From Pseudomonas aeruginosa PAO1 (GTDB lineage: Bacteria; Pseudomonadota; Gammaproteobacteria; Pseudomonadales; Pseudomonadaceae): DNA of 64,000 bases. The translations under genes were made by a program, and so were the position numbers. Positions within the stretch are counted from its first letter, which is position 1, and each line of letters starts with the position of its first letter. Location: NCBI RefSeq assembly GCF_000006765.1, contig NC_002516.2, one strand, 5' to 3'. Below the pieces are notes generated by a model. The model did no database searches. It was not told the origin of the DNA and saw only the letters and a list, made by a program, of their open reading frames with translations. Positions 52,835-62,907 of the stretch are shown piece by piece.

Positions 52835-54114
52835 CCATTCTGTTCCTCTTCCTGCTGCTCTTCCTGCTGATGTTCATCGGCGTGCCGATCGCCGTCTCCC
52901 TGGGTCTCTCCGGCGCACTGACGATCCTCCTGTTCAGCCCGGACTCGGTACGCTCGCTGGCGATCAAGCTGTTCGAGACCTCCGAGCACTACACCCTGCT
53001 GGCGATCCCGTTCTTCCTGCTCTCCGGCGCGTTCATGACCACCGGTGGCGTGGCGCGGCGCCTGATCGACTTCGCCAACGCCTGCGTCGGACACATCCGT
53101 GGCGGCCTGGCGATCGCCGCGGTGCTCGCCTGCATGCTCTTCGCCGCGCTATCCGGCTCGTCTCCGGCAACGGTGGCGGCAGTGGGTTCGATCGCCATCG
53201 CCGGCATGGTCCGCTCGGGTTATCCACAGGCGTTCGGCGCCGGGATCGTCTGCAACGCCGGCACCCTCGGCATCCTCATCCCGCCATCGATCGTGATGGT
53301 GGTCTACGCCGCCGCCACCGAGACCTCGGTGGGCAAGCTGTTCATCGCCGGCGTGGTTCCGGGGCTGCTGCTGGGACTGATCCTGATGGTGGTGATCTAC
53401 ATCGTCGCCCGGGTCAAGAAGCTGCCCGCCATGCCAAGGGTCAGTCTGCGCGAATGGCTGGCCAGCGCGCGCAAGGCGCTGTGGGGGCTGCTGCTGATGG
53501 TGATCATCCTCGGCGGCATCTATTCCGGCGCCTTCACCCCCACCGAGGCCGCCGCCGTCGCCGCGGTGTACTCGGCCTTCGTCGCACTGTTCGTCTACCG
53601 CGACATGCGCCTGAGCGAATGCCCGAAGGTGCTGCTGGAGTCCGGCAAGCTGACCATCATGCTGATGTTCATCATCGCCAACGCCATGCTCTTCGCCCAC
53701 GTGCTGACCACCGAGCAGATACCGCAGAGCATCGCCAGTTGGGTCACGGAACTGGGACTTTCGCCATGGATGTTCCTGCTGGTGGTGAACATCGTGCTGC
53801 TGATCGCCGGCAACTTCATGGAGCCTTCGGCGATCATCCTGATCCTGGCGCCGATCTTCTTCCCCATCGCCATGGAGCTGGGCATCGATCCGATCCACCT
53901 CGGCATCATCATGGTGGTGAACATGGAGATCGGCCTGATCACGCCGCCGGTCGGGCTCAACCTGTTCGTCACCTCGGCGGTCACCGGCATGCCGCTGGGC
54001 GCGACCATCCGCGCAGCGCTGCCGTGGCTCATGATCCTGCTGGTGTTCCTGATCATCGTGACCTACATCCCGGCGGTATCCCTGGCATTGCCGAACTGGC
54101 TGGGGATGAGCTGA
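52831..54114 (+). CDS. dctM: TRAP large permease
   Basis: LAIPFFLLSG, GTLGILIPPSI, LITPPVGLNL. Confidence 0.96.
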   Translation: MTILFLFLLLFLLMFIGVPIAVSLGLSGALTILLFSPDSVRSLAIKLFETSEHYTLLAIPFFLLSGAFMTTGGVARRLIDFANACVGHIRGGLAIAAVLACMLFAALSGSSPATVAAVGSIAIAGMVRSGYPQAFGAGIVCNAGTLGILIPPSIVMVVYAAATETSVGKLFIAGVVPGLLLGLILMVVIYIVARVKKLPAMPRVSLREWLASARKALWGLLLMVIILGGIYSGAFTPTEAAAVAAVYSAFVALFVYRDMRLSECPKVLLESGKLTIMLMFIIANAMLFAHVLTTEQIPQSIASWVTELGLSPWMFLLVVNIVLLIAGNFMEPSAIILILAPIFFPIAMELGIDPIHLGIIMVVNMEIGLITPPVGLNLFVTSAVTGMPLGATIRAALPWLMILLVFLIIVTYIPAVSLALPNWLGMS

Positions 54115-54128
54115 CGGAACGGTAACGA

Positions 54129-54244
54129 CGGCGGAAAACCCCGCCCTGCGCTCGGGCCTTCGGCAAAAATCCGCTCATGCCGCAGGCCCGTGCCCCGCAG
54201 TTGACGGGCCGGGCCACCTGTCGATGGCTGGCACGCCGCTTGCT
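54129..54244 (+). promoter_or_regulatory. second sigma54 promoter with DctD-like upstream sites, downstream of dctM
   Basis: TGGCACGCCGCTTGCT (54229-54244); upstream CGGCGGAAAACCCCGC (54129) and CGGCAAAAATCCGCTC (54161). Confidence 0.7.
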
Positions 54245-54254
54245 CAATCGCTCG

Positions 54255-54455
54255 CAGTGCCCCTGGCACCGGCTTTCGGTTCGCCCAGCGAACCGCGCCC
54301 TTCGGCCACGAACCGGATGGCGGCCCCTTCCCCTGTGCCGACGTGCGCCAGCACGCGCGGCGGGTGGGCGGCGATCCCGTCCCCCCAGCGGTCTTCACAC
54401 CCTGAAGCCCAAATGAAGAGCCCGGCGAACGCCGGGCTTCTTCATTTCTTTCCTT
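54255..54455 (+). ncRNA. candidate sigma54-dependent sRNA (predicted only)
   Basis: Lies between the sigma54 promoter and a strong hairpin; internal hairpin CGGTTCGC-CCA-GCGAACCG; no RBS-preceded ORF seen. Confidence 0.4.
54411..54455 (+). terminator. strong hairpin terminator in the dctM-arcD intergenic region
   Basis: AAATGAAGAGCCCGGC-GAAC-GCCGGGCTTCTTCATTT followed by CTTTCCTT. Confidence 0.8.
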
Positions 54456-54627
54456 GTGCTTTTTCGTTCTTTGATAAGAGCGGAAAATTATTTTTACTTA
54501 TAAATAAAAAATACTCCTCTCGAAATACTGCAACACTTCCCTGGAAAGTCGCGGCGGTTTTTCGACGGACCGTCAACAAGCCGGCGACCACCCACCTGAA
54601 AGTCAGAATACCGTCTCGCGAAATTCA

Positions 54628-54641
54628 TTGATCGGCATCAA
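54628..54641. promoter_or_regulatory. perfect ANR/FNR box (upstream, target unknown)
   Basis: TTGAT-CGGC-ATCAA. Confidence 0.6.
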
Positions 54642-54785
54642 CGATCCGGCTTGATCCGCGGCTTATAGCCCGATCTCGAGCAATTTCAAGCTTTCCCCGT
54701 AGCGGATGGCAAGTCTTCCCCTAACACATGAAAAAACCGCCCTATTCCGGGCAGGTCTTAGATTCCTCTTCTATCTTTGGCACTC

Positions 54786-54845
54786 GCGACTTACAGGAAT
54801 GCGTCATCTAATTACTTTGAGTAGGAAGCTATTGACGTGGATCAG
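54786..54845 (+). promoter_or_regulatory. arcDABC promoter: ANR box plus upstream ArgR/NarL region
   Basis: TTGAC-GTGG-ATCAG at 54832-54845 (the described arcD ANR box); the upstream ArgR/NarL assignment is from literature recall. Confidence 0.8.
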
Positions 54846-54909
54846 CATTCAACAATAGCCGCTGCCGCCTAATGTCTTCACTCTCAATTCCTATAGGGAG
54901 ATTCCGAAA

Positions 54910-56358
54910 ATGTCCCAAGAATCCAGCCAAAAACTCCGACTAGGAGCGCTAACGGCTCTGGTTGTCGGCTCGATGATCGGAGGGGGCATCTTCTCCCTCC
55001 CGCAAAACATGGCAGCCAGCGCCGATGTCGGCGCCGTCCTGATCGGATGGGCGATCACCGCCGTCGGCATGCTCACCCTCGCTTTCGTCTTCCAGACCCT
55101 CGCCAACCGCAAGCCCGAACTCGACGGCGGCGTGTACGCCTACGCCAAGGCCGGCTTCGGCGACTACATGGGTTTCTCCTCGGCCTGGGGCTACTGGATC
55201 AGCGCCTGGCTGGGCAACGTCGGCTACTTCGTCCTGTTGTTCAGCACCCTCGGCTACTTCTTCCCGATCTTCGGCAAGGGCGACACCGTCGCGGCGATCG
55301 TCTGCGCCTCGGTCCTGCTCTGGGCCCTGCACTTCCTGGTGCTGCGCGGGATCAAGGAGGCGGCGTTCATCAACACCGTCACCACCGTGGCCAAGGTCGT
55401 GCCGCTGTTCCTGTTCATCCTGATCTGCCTGTTCGCCTTCAAGCTGGACATCTTCACCGCCGACATCTGGGGCAAGAGCAACCCGGACCTGGGCAGCGTG
55501 ATGAACCAGGTGCGCAACATGATGCTGGTCACCGTCTGGGTGTTCATCGGCATCGAGGGCGCGAGCATCTTCTCCTCCCGCGCGGAAAAACGTTCCGACG
55601 TCGGCAAGGCCACCGTGATCGGCTTCATCACCGTCCTGCTCCTGCTGGTGCTGGTCAACGTGCTGTCCATGGGCGTGATGACCCAGCCGGAACTGGCCAA
55701 GCTGCAGAACCCGTCGATGGCGCTGGTACTCGAGCATGTGGTCGGCCACTGGGGCGCCGTGCTGATCAGCGTCGGCCTGCTGATCTCGCTGCTGGGCGCG
55801 CTGCTCTCCTGGGTGCTGCTGTGCGCCGAGATCATGTTCGCCGCCGCCAAGGACCACACCATGCCGGAGTTCCTGCGCCGCGAGAACGCCAACCAGGTGC
55901 CGGCCAACGCCCTGTGGCTGACCAACATCTGCGTACAGGTGTTCCTGGTGGTGGTGTTCTTCACCTCGGGCGACCCGGACGGCATGGACCCGTACACCAA
56001 GATGCTGCTCCTGGCCACCTCGATGATCCTGATCCCGTACTTCTGGTCCGCCGCCTATGGCCTGCTGCTGACCCTGAAGGGCGAGACCTACGAGAACGAT
56101 GCCCGCGAACGCAGCAAGGACCTGGTCATCGCCGGCATCGCCGTGGCCTACGCGGTCTGGCTGCTCTACGCGGGGGGCCTGAAGTACCTGCTGCTGTCCG
56201 CCCTGCTGTATGCGCCCGGCGCGATCCTTTTCGCCAAGGCCAAGCACGAGGTCGGCCAGCCGATCTTCACCGGAATCGAAAAACTGATCTTCGCCGCAGT
56301 CGTCATTGGCGCCCTGGTGGCTGCCTACGGCCTCTACGACGGTTTCCTCACCCTCTGA
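54910..56358 (+). CDS. arcD: arginine/ornithine antiporter
   Basis: APC family; VVGSMIGGGIFSLP, WVFIGIEGA. Confidence 0.98.
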   Translation: MSQESSQKLRLGALTALVVGSMIGGGIFSLPQNMAASADVGAVLIGWAITAVGMLTLAFVFQTLANRKPELDGGVYAYAKAGFGDYMGFSSAWGYWISAWLGNVGYFVLLFSTLGYFFPIFGKGDTVAAIVCASVLLWALHFLVLRGIKEAAFINTVTTVAKVVPLFLFILICLFAFKLDIFTADIWGKSNPDLGSVMNQVRNMMLVTVWVFIGIEGASIFSSRAEKRSDVGKATVIGFITVLLLLVLVNVLSMGVMTQPELAKLQNPSMALVLEHVVGHWGAVLISVGLLISLLGALLSWVLLCAEIMFAAAKDHTMPEFLRRENANQVPANALWLTNICVQVFLVVVFFTSGDPDGMDPYTKMLLLATSMILIPYFWSAAYGLLLTLKGETYENDARERSKDLVIAGIAVAYAVWLLYAGGLKYLLLSALLYAPGAILFAKAKHEVGQPIFTGIEKLIFAAVVIGALVAAYGLYDGFLTL

Positions 56359-56379
56359 TTACTCCACTGGAGACGTGAA

Positions 56380-57636
56380 ATGAGCACGGAAAAAACCAAA
56401 CTTGGCGTCCACTCCGAAGCCGGCAAACTGCGCAAAGTGATGGTCTGCTCGCCCGGACTCGCCCACCAGCGCCTGACCCCGAGCAACTGCGACGAGTTGC
56501 TGTTCGACGACGTGATCTGGGTGAACCAGGCCAAGCGCGACCACTTCGACTTCGTCACCAAGATGCGCGAGCGCGGCATCGACGTCCTCGAGATGCACAA
56601 TCTGCTGACCGAGACCATCCAGAACCCGGAAGCGCTGAAGTGGATCCTCGATCGCAAGATCACCGCCGACAGCGTCGGCCTGGGCCTGACCAGCGAGCTG
56701 CGCTCCTGGCTGGAGAGCCTGGAGCCGCGCAAGCTGGCCGAGTACCTGATCGGCGGCGTCGCCGCTGACGACCTGCCCGCCAGCGAAGGCGCCAACATCC
56801 TCAAGATGTACCGCGAGTACCTGGGCCATTCCAGCTTCCTGCTGCCGCCGTTGCCGAACACCCAGTTCACCCGCGACACCACTTGCTGGATCTACGGCGG
56901 CGTGACCCTGAACCCGATGTACTGGCCGGCGCGACGACAGGAAACCCTGCTGACCACCGCCATCTACAAGTTCCACCCCGAGTTCGCCAACGCCGAGTTC
57001 GAGATCTGGTACGGCGACCCGGACAAGGACCACGGCTCCTCGACCCTGGAAGGCGGCGACGTGATGCCGATCGGCAACGGCGTGGTCCTGATCGGCATGG
57101 GCGAGCGCTCCTCGCGCCAGGCCATCGGTCAGGTCGCCCAGTCGCTGTTCGCCAAGGGCGCCGCCGAGCGGGTGATCGTCGCCGGCCTGCCGAAGTCCCG
57201 CGCCGCGATGCACCTGGACACCGTGTTCAGCTTCTGCGACCGCGACCTGGTCACGGTCTTCCCGGAAGTGGTCAAGGAAATCGTGCCCTTCAGCCTGCGC
57301 CCCGATCCGAGCAGCCCCTACGGCATGAACATCCGCCGCGAGGAGAAAACCTTCCTCGAAGTGGTCGCCGAATCCCTCGGCCTGAAGAAACTGCGCGTGG
57401 TCGAGACCGGCGGCAACAGCTTCGCCGCCGAGCGCGAGCAATGGGACGACGGTAACAACGTGGTCTGCCTGGAGCCGGGCGTGGTGGTCGGCTACGACCG
57501 CAACACCTACACCAACACCCTGCTGCGCAAGGCCGGCGTCGAGGTCATCACCATCAGCGCCAGCGAACTGGGTCGCGGTCGCGGCGGCGGCCACTGCATG
57601 ACCTGCCCGATCGTCCGCGACCCGATCGACTACTGA
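56380..57636 (+). CDS. arcA: arginine deiminase
   Basis: [24 protein letters not shown]. Confidence 0.99.
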   Translation: MSTEKTKLGVHSEAGKLRKVMVCSPGLAHQRLTPSNCDELLFDDVIWVNQAKRDHFDFVTKMRERGIDVLEMHNLLTETIQNPEALKWILDRKITADSVGLGLTSELRSWLESLEPRKLAEYLIGGVAADDLPASEGANILKMYREYLGHSSFLLPPLPNTQFTRDTTCWIYGGVTLNPMYWPARRQETLLTTAIYKFHPEFANAEFEIWYGDPDKDHGSSTLEGGDVMPIGNGVVLIGMGERSSRQAIGQVAQSLFAKGAAERVIVAGLPKSRAAMHLDTVFSFCDRDLVTVFPEVVKEIVPFSLRPDPSSPYGMNIRREEKTFLEVVAESLGLKKLRVVETGGNSFAAEREQWDDGNNVVCLEPGVVVGYDRNTYTNTLLRKAGVEVITISASELGRGRGGGHCMTCPIVRDPIDY

Positions 57637-57661
57637 CAGACAACCCGCTCTCGAGCTGAAC

Positions 57662-57687
57662 GGCGGCGTCCCCAGGAGGGGCGCCGC
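57662..57687. other. arcA-arcB intercistronic hairpin
   Basis: GGCGGCGTCCC-AGGA-GGGGCGCCGCC. Confidence 0.65.
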
Positions 57688-57715
57688 CCACCGACTTCCC
57701 ACAAGGAGATCAATC

Positions 57716-58726
57716 ATGGCTTTCAACATGCACAACCGTAACCTGCTCAGCCTGATGCACCACAGCACCCGCGAGCTGCGTTACCTGCTCGACCTGTCCC
57801 GCGACCTCAAGCGCGCCAAGTACACCGGCACCGAGCAGCAGCACCTGAAGCGCAAGAACATTGCCCTGATCTTCGAGAAAACCTCCACTCGCACCCGCTG
57901 CGCCTTCGAGGTGGCCGCCTACGACCAGGGCGCCAACGTCACCTACATCGACCCGAACTCCTCGCAGATCGGCCACAAGGAGAGCATGAAGGACACCGCG
58001 CGGGTTCTCGGCCGGATGTACGACGCCATCGAGTACCGCGGCTTCAAGCAGGAAATCGTCGAGGAACTCGCGAAGTTCGCCGGCGTTCCGGTGTTCAACG
58101 GCCTGACCGACGAATACCACCCGACCCAGATGCTCGCCGACGTGCTGACCATGCGCGAGCACAGCGACAAGCCGCTGCACGACATCAGCTACGCCTACCT
58201 GGGCGACGCGCGCAACAACATGGGCAACTCCCTGCTGCTGATCGGCGCCAAGCTCGGCATGGACGTACGCATCGCCGCACCGAAGGCGCTCTGGCCGCAC
58301 GACGAGTTCGTCGCCCAGTGCAAGAAGTTCGCCGAGGAAAGCGGCGCCAAGCTGACCCTCACCGAGGATCCGAAGGAAGCCGTGAAGGGCGTGGACTTCG
58401 TCCACACCGACGTCTGGGTGTCGATGGGCGAGCCGGTGGAAGCCTGGGGCGAGCGGATCAAGGAACTGCTGCCCTACCAGGTCAACATGGAGATCATGAA
58501 GGCCACCGGCAACCCGCGGGCCAAGTTCATGCACTGCCTGCCGGCGTTCCACAACAGCGAGACCAAGGTCGGCAAGCAGATCGCCGAGCAGTATCCGAAC
58601 CTGGCCAACGGCATCGAGGTGACCGAGGACGTCTTCGAGTCGCCCTACAACATCGCCTTCGAGCAGGCCGAGAACCGCATGCATACCATCAAGGCGATCC
58701 TCGTCTCGACCCTCGCCGACATCTGA
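57716..58726 (+). CDS. arcB: catabolic ornithine carbamoyltransferase
   Basis: KTSTRTR, HPTQ, MHCLP. Confidence 0.99.
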   Translation: MAFNMHNRNLLSLMHHSTRELRYLLDLSRDLKRAKYTGTEQQHLKRKNIALIFEKTSTRTRCAFEVAAYDQGANVTYIDPNSSQIGHKESMKDTARVLGRMYDAIEYRGFKQEIVEELAKFAGVPVFNGLTDEYHPTQMLADVLTMREHSDKPLHDISYAYLGDARNNMGNSLLLIGAKLGMDVRIAAPKALWPHDEFVAQCKKFAEESGAKLTLTEDPKEAVKGVDFVHTDVWVSMGEPVEAWGERIKELLPYQVNMEIMKATGNPRAKFMHCLPAFHNSETKVGKQIAEQYPNLANGIEVTEDVFESPYNIAFEQAENRMHTIKAILVSTLADI

Positions 58727-58734
58727 CCGCGCTC

Positions 58735-58764
58735 CTGCGCCCCGGCCCACGCGGCCGGGCGCAG
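58735..58764. other. arcB-arcC intercistronic hairpin
   Basis: CTGCGCCCCGGCC-CACGC-GGCCGGGCGCAG. Confidence 0.65.
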
Positions 58765-58786
58765 CCGCCTTCCGGAGGTAACCGAT

Positions 58787-59719
58787 ATGCGTATCGTCGT
58801 CGCATTGGGCGGTAATGCCCTGCTACGCCGTGGCGAACCCATGACCGCGGACAACCAGCGGGAAAACGTGCGGATCGCCGCCGAACAGATCGCCAAGGTG
58901 GCGCCCGGCAACGAGCTGGTGATCGCCCACGGCAACGGCCCCCAGGTCGGCCTGCTGGCCCTCCAGGGTGCCGCCTACGACAAGGTCTCGCCCTACCCGC
59001 TGGACGTCCTCGGCGCGGAAACCGAGGGCATGATCGGCTACATGATCGAACAGGAAATGGGCAACCTGCTGCCGTTCGAAGTGCCGTTCGCCACCATCCT
59101 CACCCAGGTCGAGGTGGACGGTAAGGATCCGGCGTTCCAGAACCCGACCAAGCCGATCGGCCCGGTCTACTCCAGGGAAGAAGCCGAGCGCCTGGCCGCC
59201 GAGAAGGGCTGGAGCATCGCCCCGGACGGCGACAAGTTCCGCCGCGTGGTGCCCAGCCCGCGGCCGAAGCGGATCTTCGAGATCCGCCCGGTGAAGTGGC
59301 TGCTGGAGAAAGGCACCATCGTCATCTGCGCTGGCGGCGGCGGTATCCCGACCATGTACGACGAGGCCGGGAAGAAGCTCAGCGGCGTCGAGGCGGTGAT
59401 CGACAAGGACCTCTGCTCCTCGCTGCTGGCCCAGGAGCTGGTGGCCGACATCCTGATCATCGCCACCGACGTCGACGCGGCCTACGTCGACTGGGGCAAG
59501 CCGACCCAGAAGGCCATCGCCCAGGCCCACCCGGACGAACTGGAGCGCCTCGGCTTCGCCGCCGGCTCCATGGGTCCGAAGGTCCAGGCCGCCATCGAGT
59601 TCGCCCGCGCCACCGGCAAGGACGCGGTGATCGGTTCGCTCGCGGACATCGTCGCAATCACCGAGGGCAAGGCGGGAACACGGGTCAGCACGCGCAAGGC
59701 GGGCATCGAGTACCGCTGA
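58787..59719 (+). CDS. arcC: carbamate kinase
   Basis: [27 protein letters not shown]. Confidence 0.99.
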
Positions 59720-59731
59720 TACACCACCCCC

Positions 59732-59758
59732 AGGGCCGCTTCGCGGCCCTTCTTCATT
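59732..59758 (+). terminator. arc operon terminator
   Basis: AGGGCCGC-TTC-GCGGCCCT followed by TCTTCATT. Confidence 0.7.
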
Positions 59759-60134
59759 CTCCTCTGCCGGCATCGGGCGAAAGGTGGATAGCGCCACGCC
59801 TCTGCGCGCGGACTTTCAAGCAAGTCCCGCAACACTCGCCCACGCCCCACCTCTGCCAACAGCCCGGCCATGGGCGTCAATCCCCCCACGGCAGACCGCC
59901 AGCACTTGTGGAAAGCCCACGCAACGCGGTATTCAGTAGGAAAATACGTGACTCGATAGTCATGATTCACGTCAGCATAGTCACCCTGATCATTTCAACG
60001 GCCACTGGCTCGTGCCCGGGTCCGTGAAGCTCGCCTCGCCGACGGGAAAGGCCGCCATCGCCGCCACGCGCTTCCCGCTCCGGACCAGGCAGCAGCCCGG
60101 CACGCGAACGACTATTCGAAGGAGTTTCTGAGTG

Positions 60135-62039
60135 ATGTCTCGACTACCGGTCATTGTTGGTTTCGGTGGCTACAACGCAGCAGGCCGTAGTTCCTTCCAC
60201 CACGGCTTCCGCCGCATGGTCATCGAATCGATGGACCCGCAGGCGCGCCAGGAAACCCTAGCCGGCCTGGCGGTCATGATGAAACTGGTCAAGGCCGAAG
60301 GCGGCCGCTACCTGGCCGAAGACGGCACGCCGCTGTCCCCGGAGGACATCGAGCGGCGCTACGCCGAACGCATCTTCGCCTCTACCCTGGTGCGACGCAT
60401 CGAACCGCAGTACCTCGACCCGGATGCAGTCCACTGGCACAAGGTCCTCGAGCTGTCCCCTGCCGAAGGCCAGGCGCTGACCTTCAAGGCCTCGCCCAAG
60501 CAACTGCCCGAGCCGCTGCCGGCCAACTGGTCGATCGCTCCCGCGGAGGACGGCGAGGTGCTGGTGAGCATCCACGAGCGCTGCGAGTTCAAGGTGGACA
60601 GCTACCGTGCGCTGACGGTGAAGTCCGCCGGCCAGTTGCCCACCGGTTTCGAACCGGGCGAGCTGTACAACTCGCGCTTCCACCCGCGCGGCCTGCAGAT
60701 GTCGGTGGTCGCCGCGACCGACGCGATCCGCTCCACCGGCATCGACTGGAAGACCATCGTCGACAACGTCCAGCCCGACGAGATCGCGGTATTCTCCGGC
60801 AGCATCATGAGCCAGCTCGACGACAACGGTTTCGGCGGCCTGATGCAATCCCGCCTGAAGGGCCACCGGGTCTCGGCCAAGCAACTGCCGCTGGGCTTCA
60901 ACAGCATGCCCACCGATTTCATCAATGCCTACGTGCTCGGCAGCGTCGGCATGACCGGCAGCATCACAGGCGCCTGCGCCACCTTCCTCTACAACCTGCA
61001 GAAGGGTATCGACGTCATCACCAGCGGCCAGGCCCGGGTGGTCATCGTCGGCAACAGCGAGGCGCCGATCCTGCCGGAGTGCATCGAGGGCTACAGTGCC
61101 ATGGGCGCACTGGCCACCGAAGAAGGCCTGCGCCTGATCGAAGGCCGCGACGACGTGGACTTCCGCCGCGCCAGCCGGCCTTTCGGCGAGAACTGCGGCT
61201 TCACCCTGGCCGAGTCCAGCCAATACGTAGTGCTGATGGACGACGAACTGGCCCTGCGCCTGGGCGCGGATATCCACGGCGCGGTAACCGACGTGTTCAT
61301 CAACGCCGACGGTTTCAAGAAGTCCATCTCCGCCCCCGGCCCGGGCAACTACCTGACGGTAGCCAAGGCGGTGGCCAGCGCGGTGCAGATCGTCGGCCTG
61401 GACACCGTGCGCCACGCCAGCTTCGTCCACGCCCACGGCTCCAGCACGCCGGCCAACCGGGTCACCGAATCGGAAATCCTCGACCGCGTGGCCAGCGCCT
61501 TCGGCATCGACGGCTGGCCGGTCACCGCGGTGAAGGCCTACGTCGGCCACTCCCTGGCCACCGCCAGCGCCGATCAACTGATTTCCGCCCTGGGCACCTT
61601 CAAGTACGGCATCCTCCCTGGGATCAAGACCATCGACAAGGTCGCCGACGACGTCCACCAGCAGCGCCTGAGCATCTCCAATCGCGACATGCGCCAGGAC
61701 AAGCCGCTGGAGGTGTGCTTCATCAACTCCAAGGGCTTCGGCGGCAACAACGCCAGCGGCGTGGTGCTGTCGCCGCGAATCGCCGAGAAGATGCTGCGCA
61801 AGCGCCATGGCCAAGCGGCCTTCGCCGCCTACGTCGAGAAGCGCGAGCAGACCCGCGCCGCCGCCCGCGCCTACGACCAGCGCGCGCTGCAGGGCGACCT
61901 GGAGATCATCTACAACTTCGGCCAGGACCTGATCGACGAACACGCCATCGAGGTCAGCGCCGAACAGGTGACGGTGCCCGGCTTCAGCCAGCCGCTGGTA
62001 TACAAGAAGGACGCGCGTTTCAGCGACATGCTCGACTGA
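60135..62039 (+). CDS. fabY: beta-ketoacyl-ACP synthase FabY (KAS I/II fold; initiates fatty-acid synthesis)
   Basis: 634 aa; GACATF, HAHGSST, GHSL, NSKGFGGNN; position after arcC matches PA5174. Confidence 0.9.
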   Translation: MSRLPVIVGFGGYNAAGRSSFHHGFRRMVIESMDPQARQETLAGLAVMMKLVKAEGGRYLAEDGTPLSPEDIERRYAERIFASTLVRRIEPQYLDPDAVHWHKVLELSPAEGQALTFKASPKQLPEPLPANWSIAPAEDGEVLVSIHERCEFKVDSYRALTVKSAGQLPTGFEPGELYNSRFHPRGLQMSVVAATDAIRSTGIDWKTIVDNVQPDEIAVFSGSIMSQLDDNGFGGLMQSRLKGHRVSAKQLPLGFNSMPTDFINAYVLGSVGMTGSITGACATFLYNLQKGIDVITSGQARVVIVGNSEAPILPECIEGYSAMGALATEEGLRLIEGRDDVDFRRASRPFGENCGFTLAESSQYVVLMDDELALRLGADIHGAVTDVFINADGFKKSISAPGPGNYLTVAKAVASAVQIVGLDTVRHASFVHAHGSSTPANRVTESEILDRVASAFGIDGWPVTAVKAYVGHSLATASADQLISALGTFKYGILPGIKTIDKVADDVHQQRLSISNRDMRQDKPLEVCFINSKGFGGNNASGVVLSPRIAEKMLRKRHGQAAFAAYVEKREQTRAAARAYDQRALQGDLEIIYNFGQDLIDEHAIEVSAEQVTVPGFSQPLVYKKDARFSDMLD

Positions 62040-62054
62040 GCGCCGCCACAACGG

Positions 62055-62081
62055 AAAAGGCCCGGCTAGACCGGGCCTTTT
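62055..62081. terminator. bidirectional terminator between fabY and cysQ
   Basis: AAAAGGCCCGG-CTAGA-CCGGGCCTTTT. Confidence 0.9.
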
Positions 62082-62085
62082 CGTT

Positions 62086-62907
62086 TCAGTGCAGCGCGCG
62101 CGCCAGTTGGATCAGCTCGCTGCGCCACTCGGCGGCGCGCGGCAGGGCCAGGAAGGAGCCGTTGAGGTAATCCTCGCGCGGCTCGTAGGTGAATGGCGCA
62201 CCATGCAGGTCGAGCACCTCGCCGCCGGCGCCTTCCAGCACACCCTGGGCGGCGGCCGTGTCCCATTGCGAGGTTGGCGTCAGGCGCGGATAGCAGTCGG
62301 CAGCGCCCTCGGCCAGCAGGCAGAACTTCAGCGAACTGCCGATGCTGGCTCGCCGCAGGTCGCCGAAGCGCTCGCTCAAGCCATCCAGCAGGCGCTCCTG
62401 GGCCGGGCTGCCATGGCGCTTGCTGGCCACCACGGTGAAGGCCTCCTCGGGCTCCAGGCGCACACTGATCGGTTGCGCGCGGCCATCGGCCTCCTCGCGC
62501 CAGGCACCGAGACCGGCGCCACCGTAGTAGCAGCGGCCGCTCACCGGCACGCCGACCAGGCCGAACAGCACCCGGCCATCCTCGACCAGGGCCACGTTGA
62601 CGGTGAACTCCTCGCTACCGGAGATGAACTCCTTGGTGCCGTCCAGCGGGTCCACCAGCCACCAGCGCCGCCAGTGGCCGCGCTCGCTCAGCGGTATCTC
62701 GCAATCCTCTTCGGAAAGCACCGGAATGTCCGGCGCCAGCGCCCGCAATCCCGCCTCCAATATATGGTGCGCGGCCAGGTCGGCGGCAGTCACCGGCGAT
62801 TCGTCGGCCTTCGAGCGCACCACCACGTCGGCGCGCCAGTGCGGCAGGATCGCCTCGCCGGCGCGCCGCACCAGCGCCACCAATTCGCCCCAAGGCACCG
62901 GCCTCAT
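62086..62907 (-). CDS. cysQ: 3'(2'),5'-bisphosphate nucleotidase
   Basis: SPVTAAD, VLSEE, LVDPLDGTKEF, SQWDTAAAQ. Confidence 0.96.
   Translation of the reverse strand: MRPVPWGELVALVRRAGEAILPHWRADVVVRSKADESPVTAADLAAHHILEAGLRALAPDIPVLSEEDCEIPLSERGHWRRWWLVDPLDGTKEFISGSEEFTVNVALVEDGRVLFGLVGVPVSGRCYYGGAGLGAWREEADGRAQPISVRLEPEEAFTVVASKRHGSPAQERLLDGLSERFGDLRRASIGSSLKFCLLAEGAADCYPRLTPTSQWDTAAAQGVLEGAGGEVLDLHGAPFTYEPREDYLNGSFLALPRAAEWRSELIQLARALH

Noticed and set aside
54224-54631. 135-aa ORF in the dctM-arcD gap
   Set aside because: Starts upstream of the predicted sigma54 start site, has no RBS, runs through the terminator and the AT tract, and has atypical codons
54949-58750. Long antisense and alternative-frame ORFs over arcDAB (similar ones over glnA, ntrBC, gpmI, ctpA, asmA, rml and fabY)
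   Set aside because: Typical shadow ORFs of GC-rich genes, with low-complexity R/G/A/P composition and no RBS or family motifs
59907-59915. DnaA-box-like TGTGGAAAG upstream of fabY
   Set aside because: Single mismatched copy with no partner boxes or IHF/Fis sites
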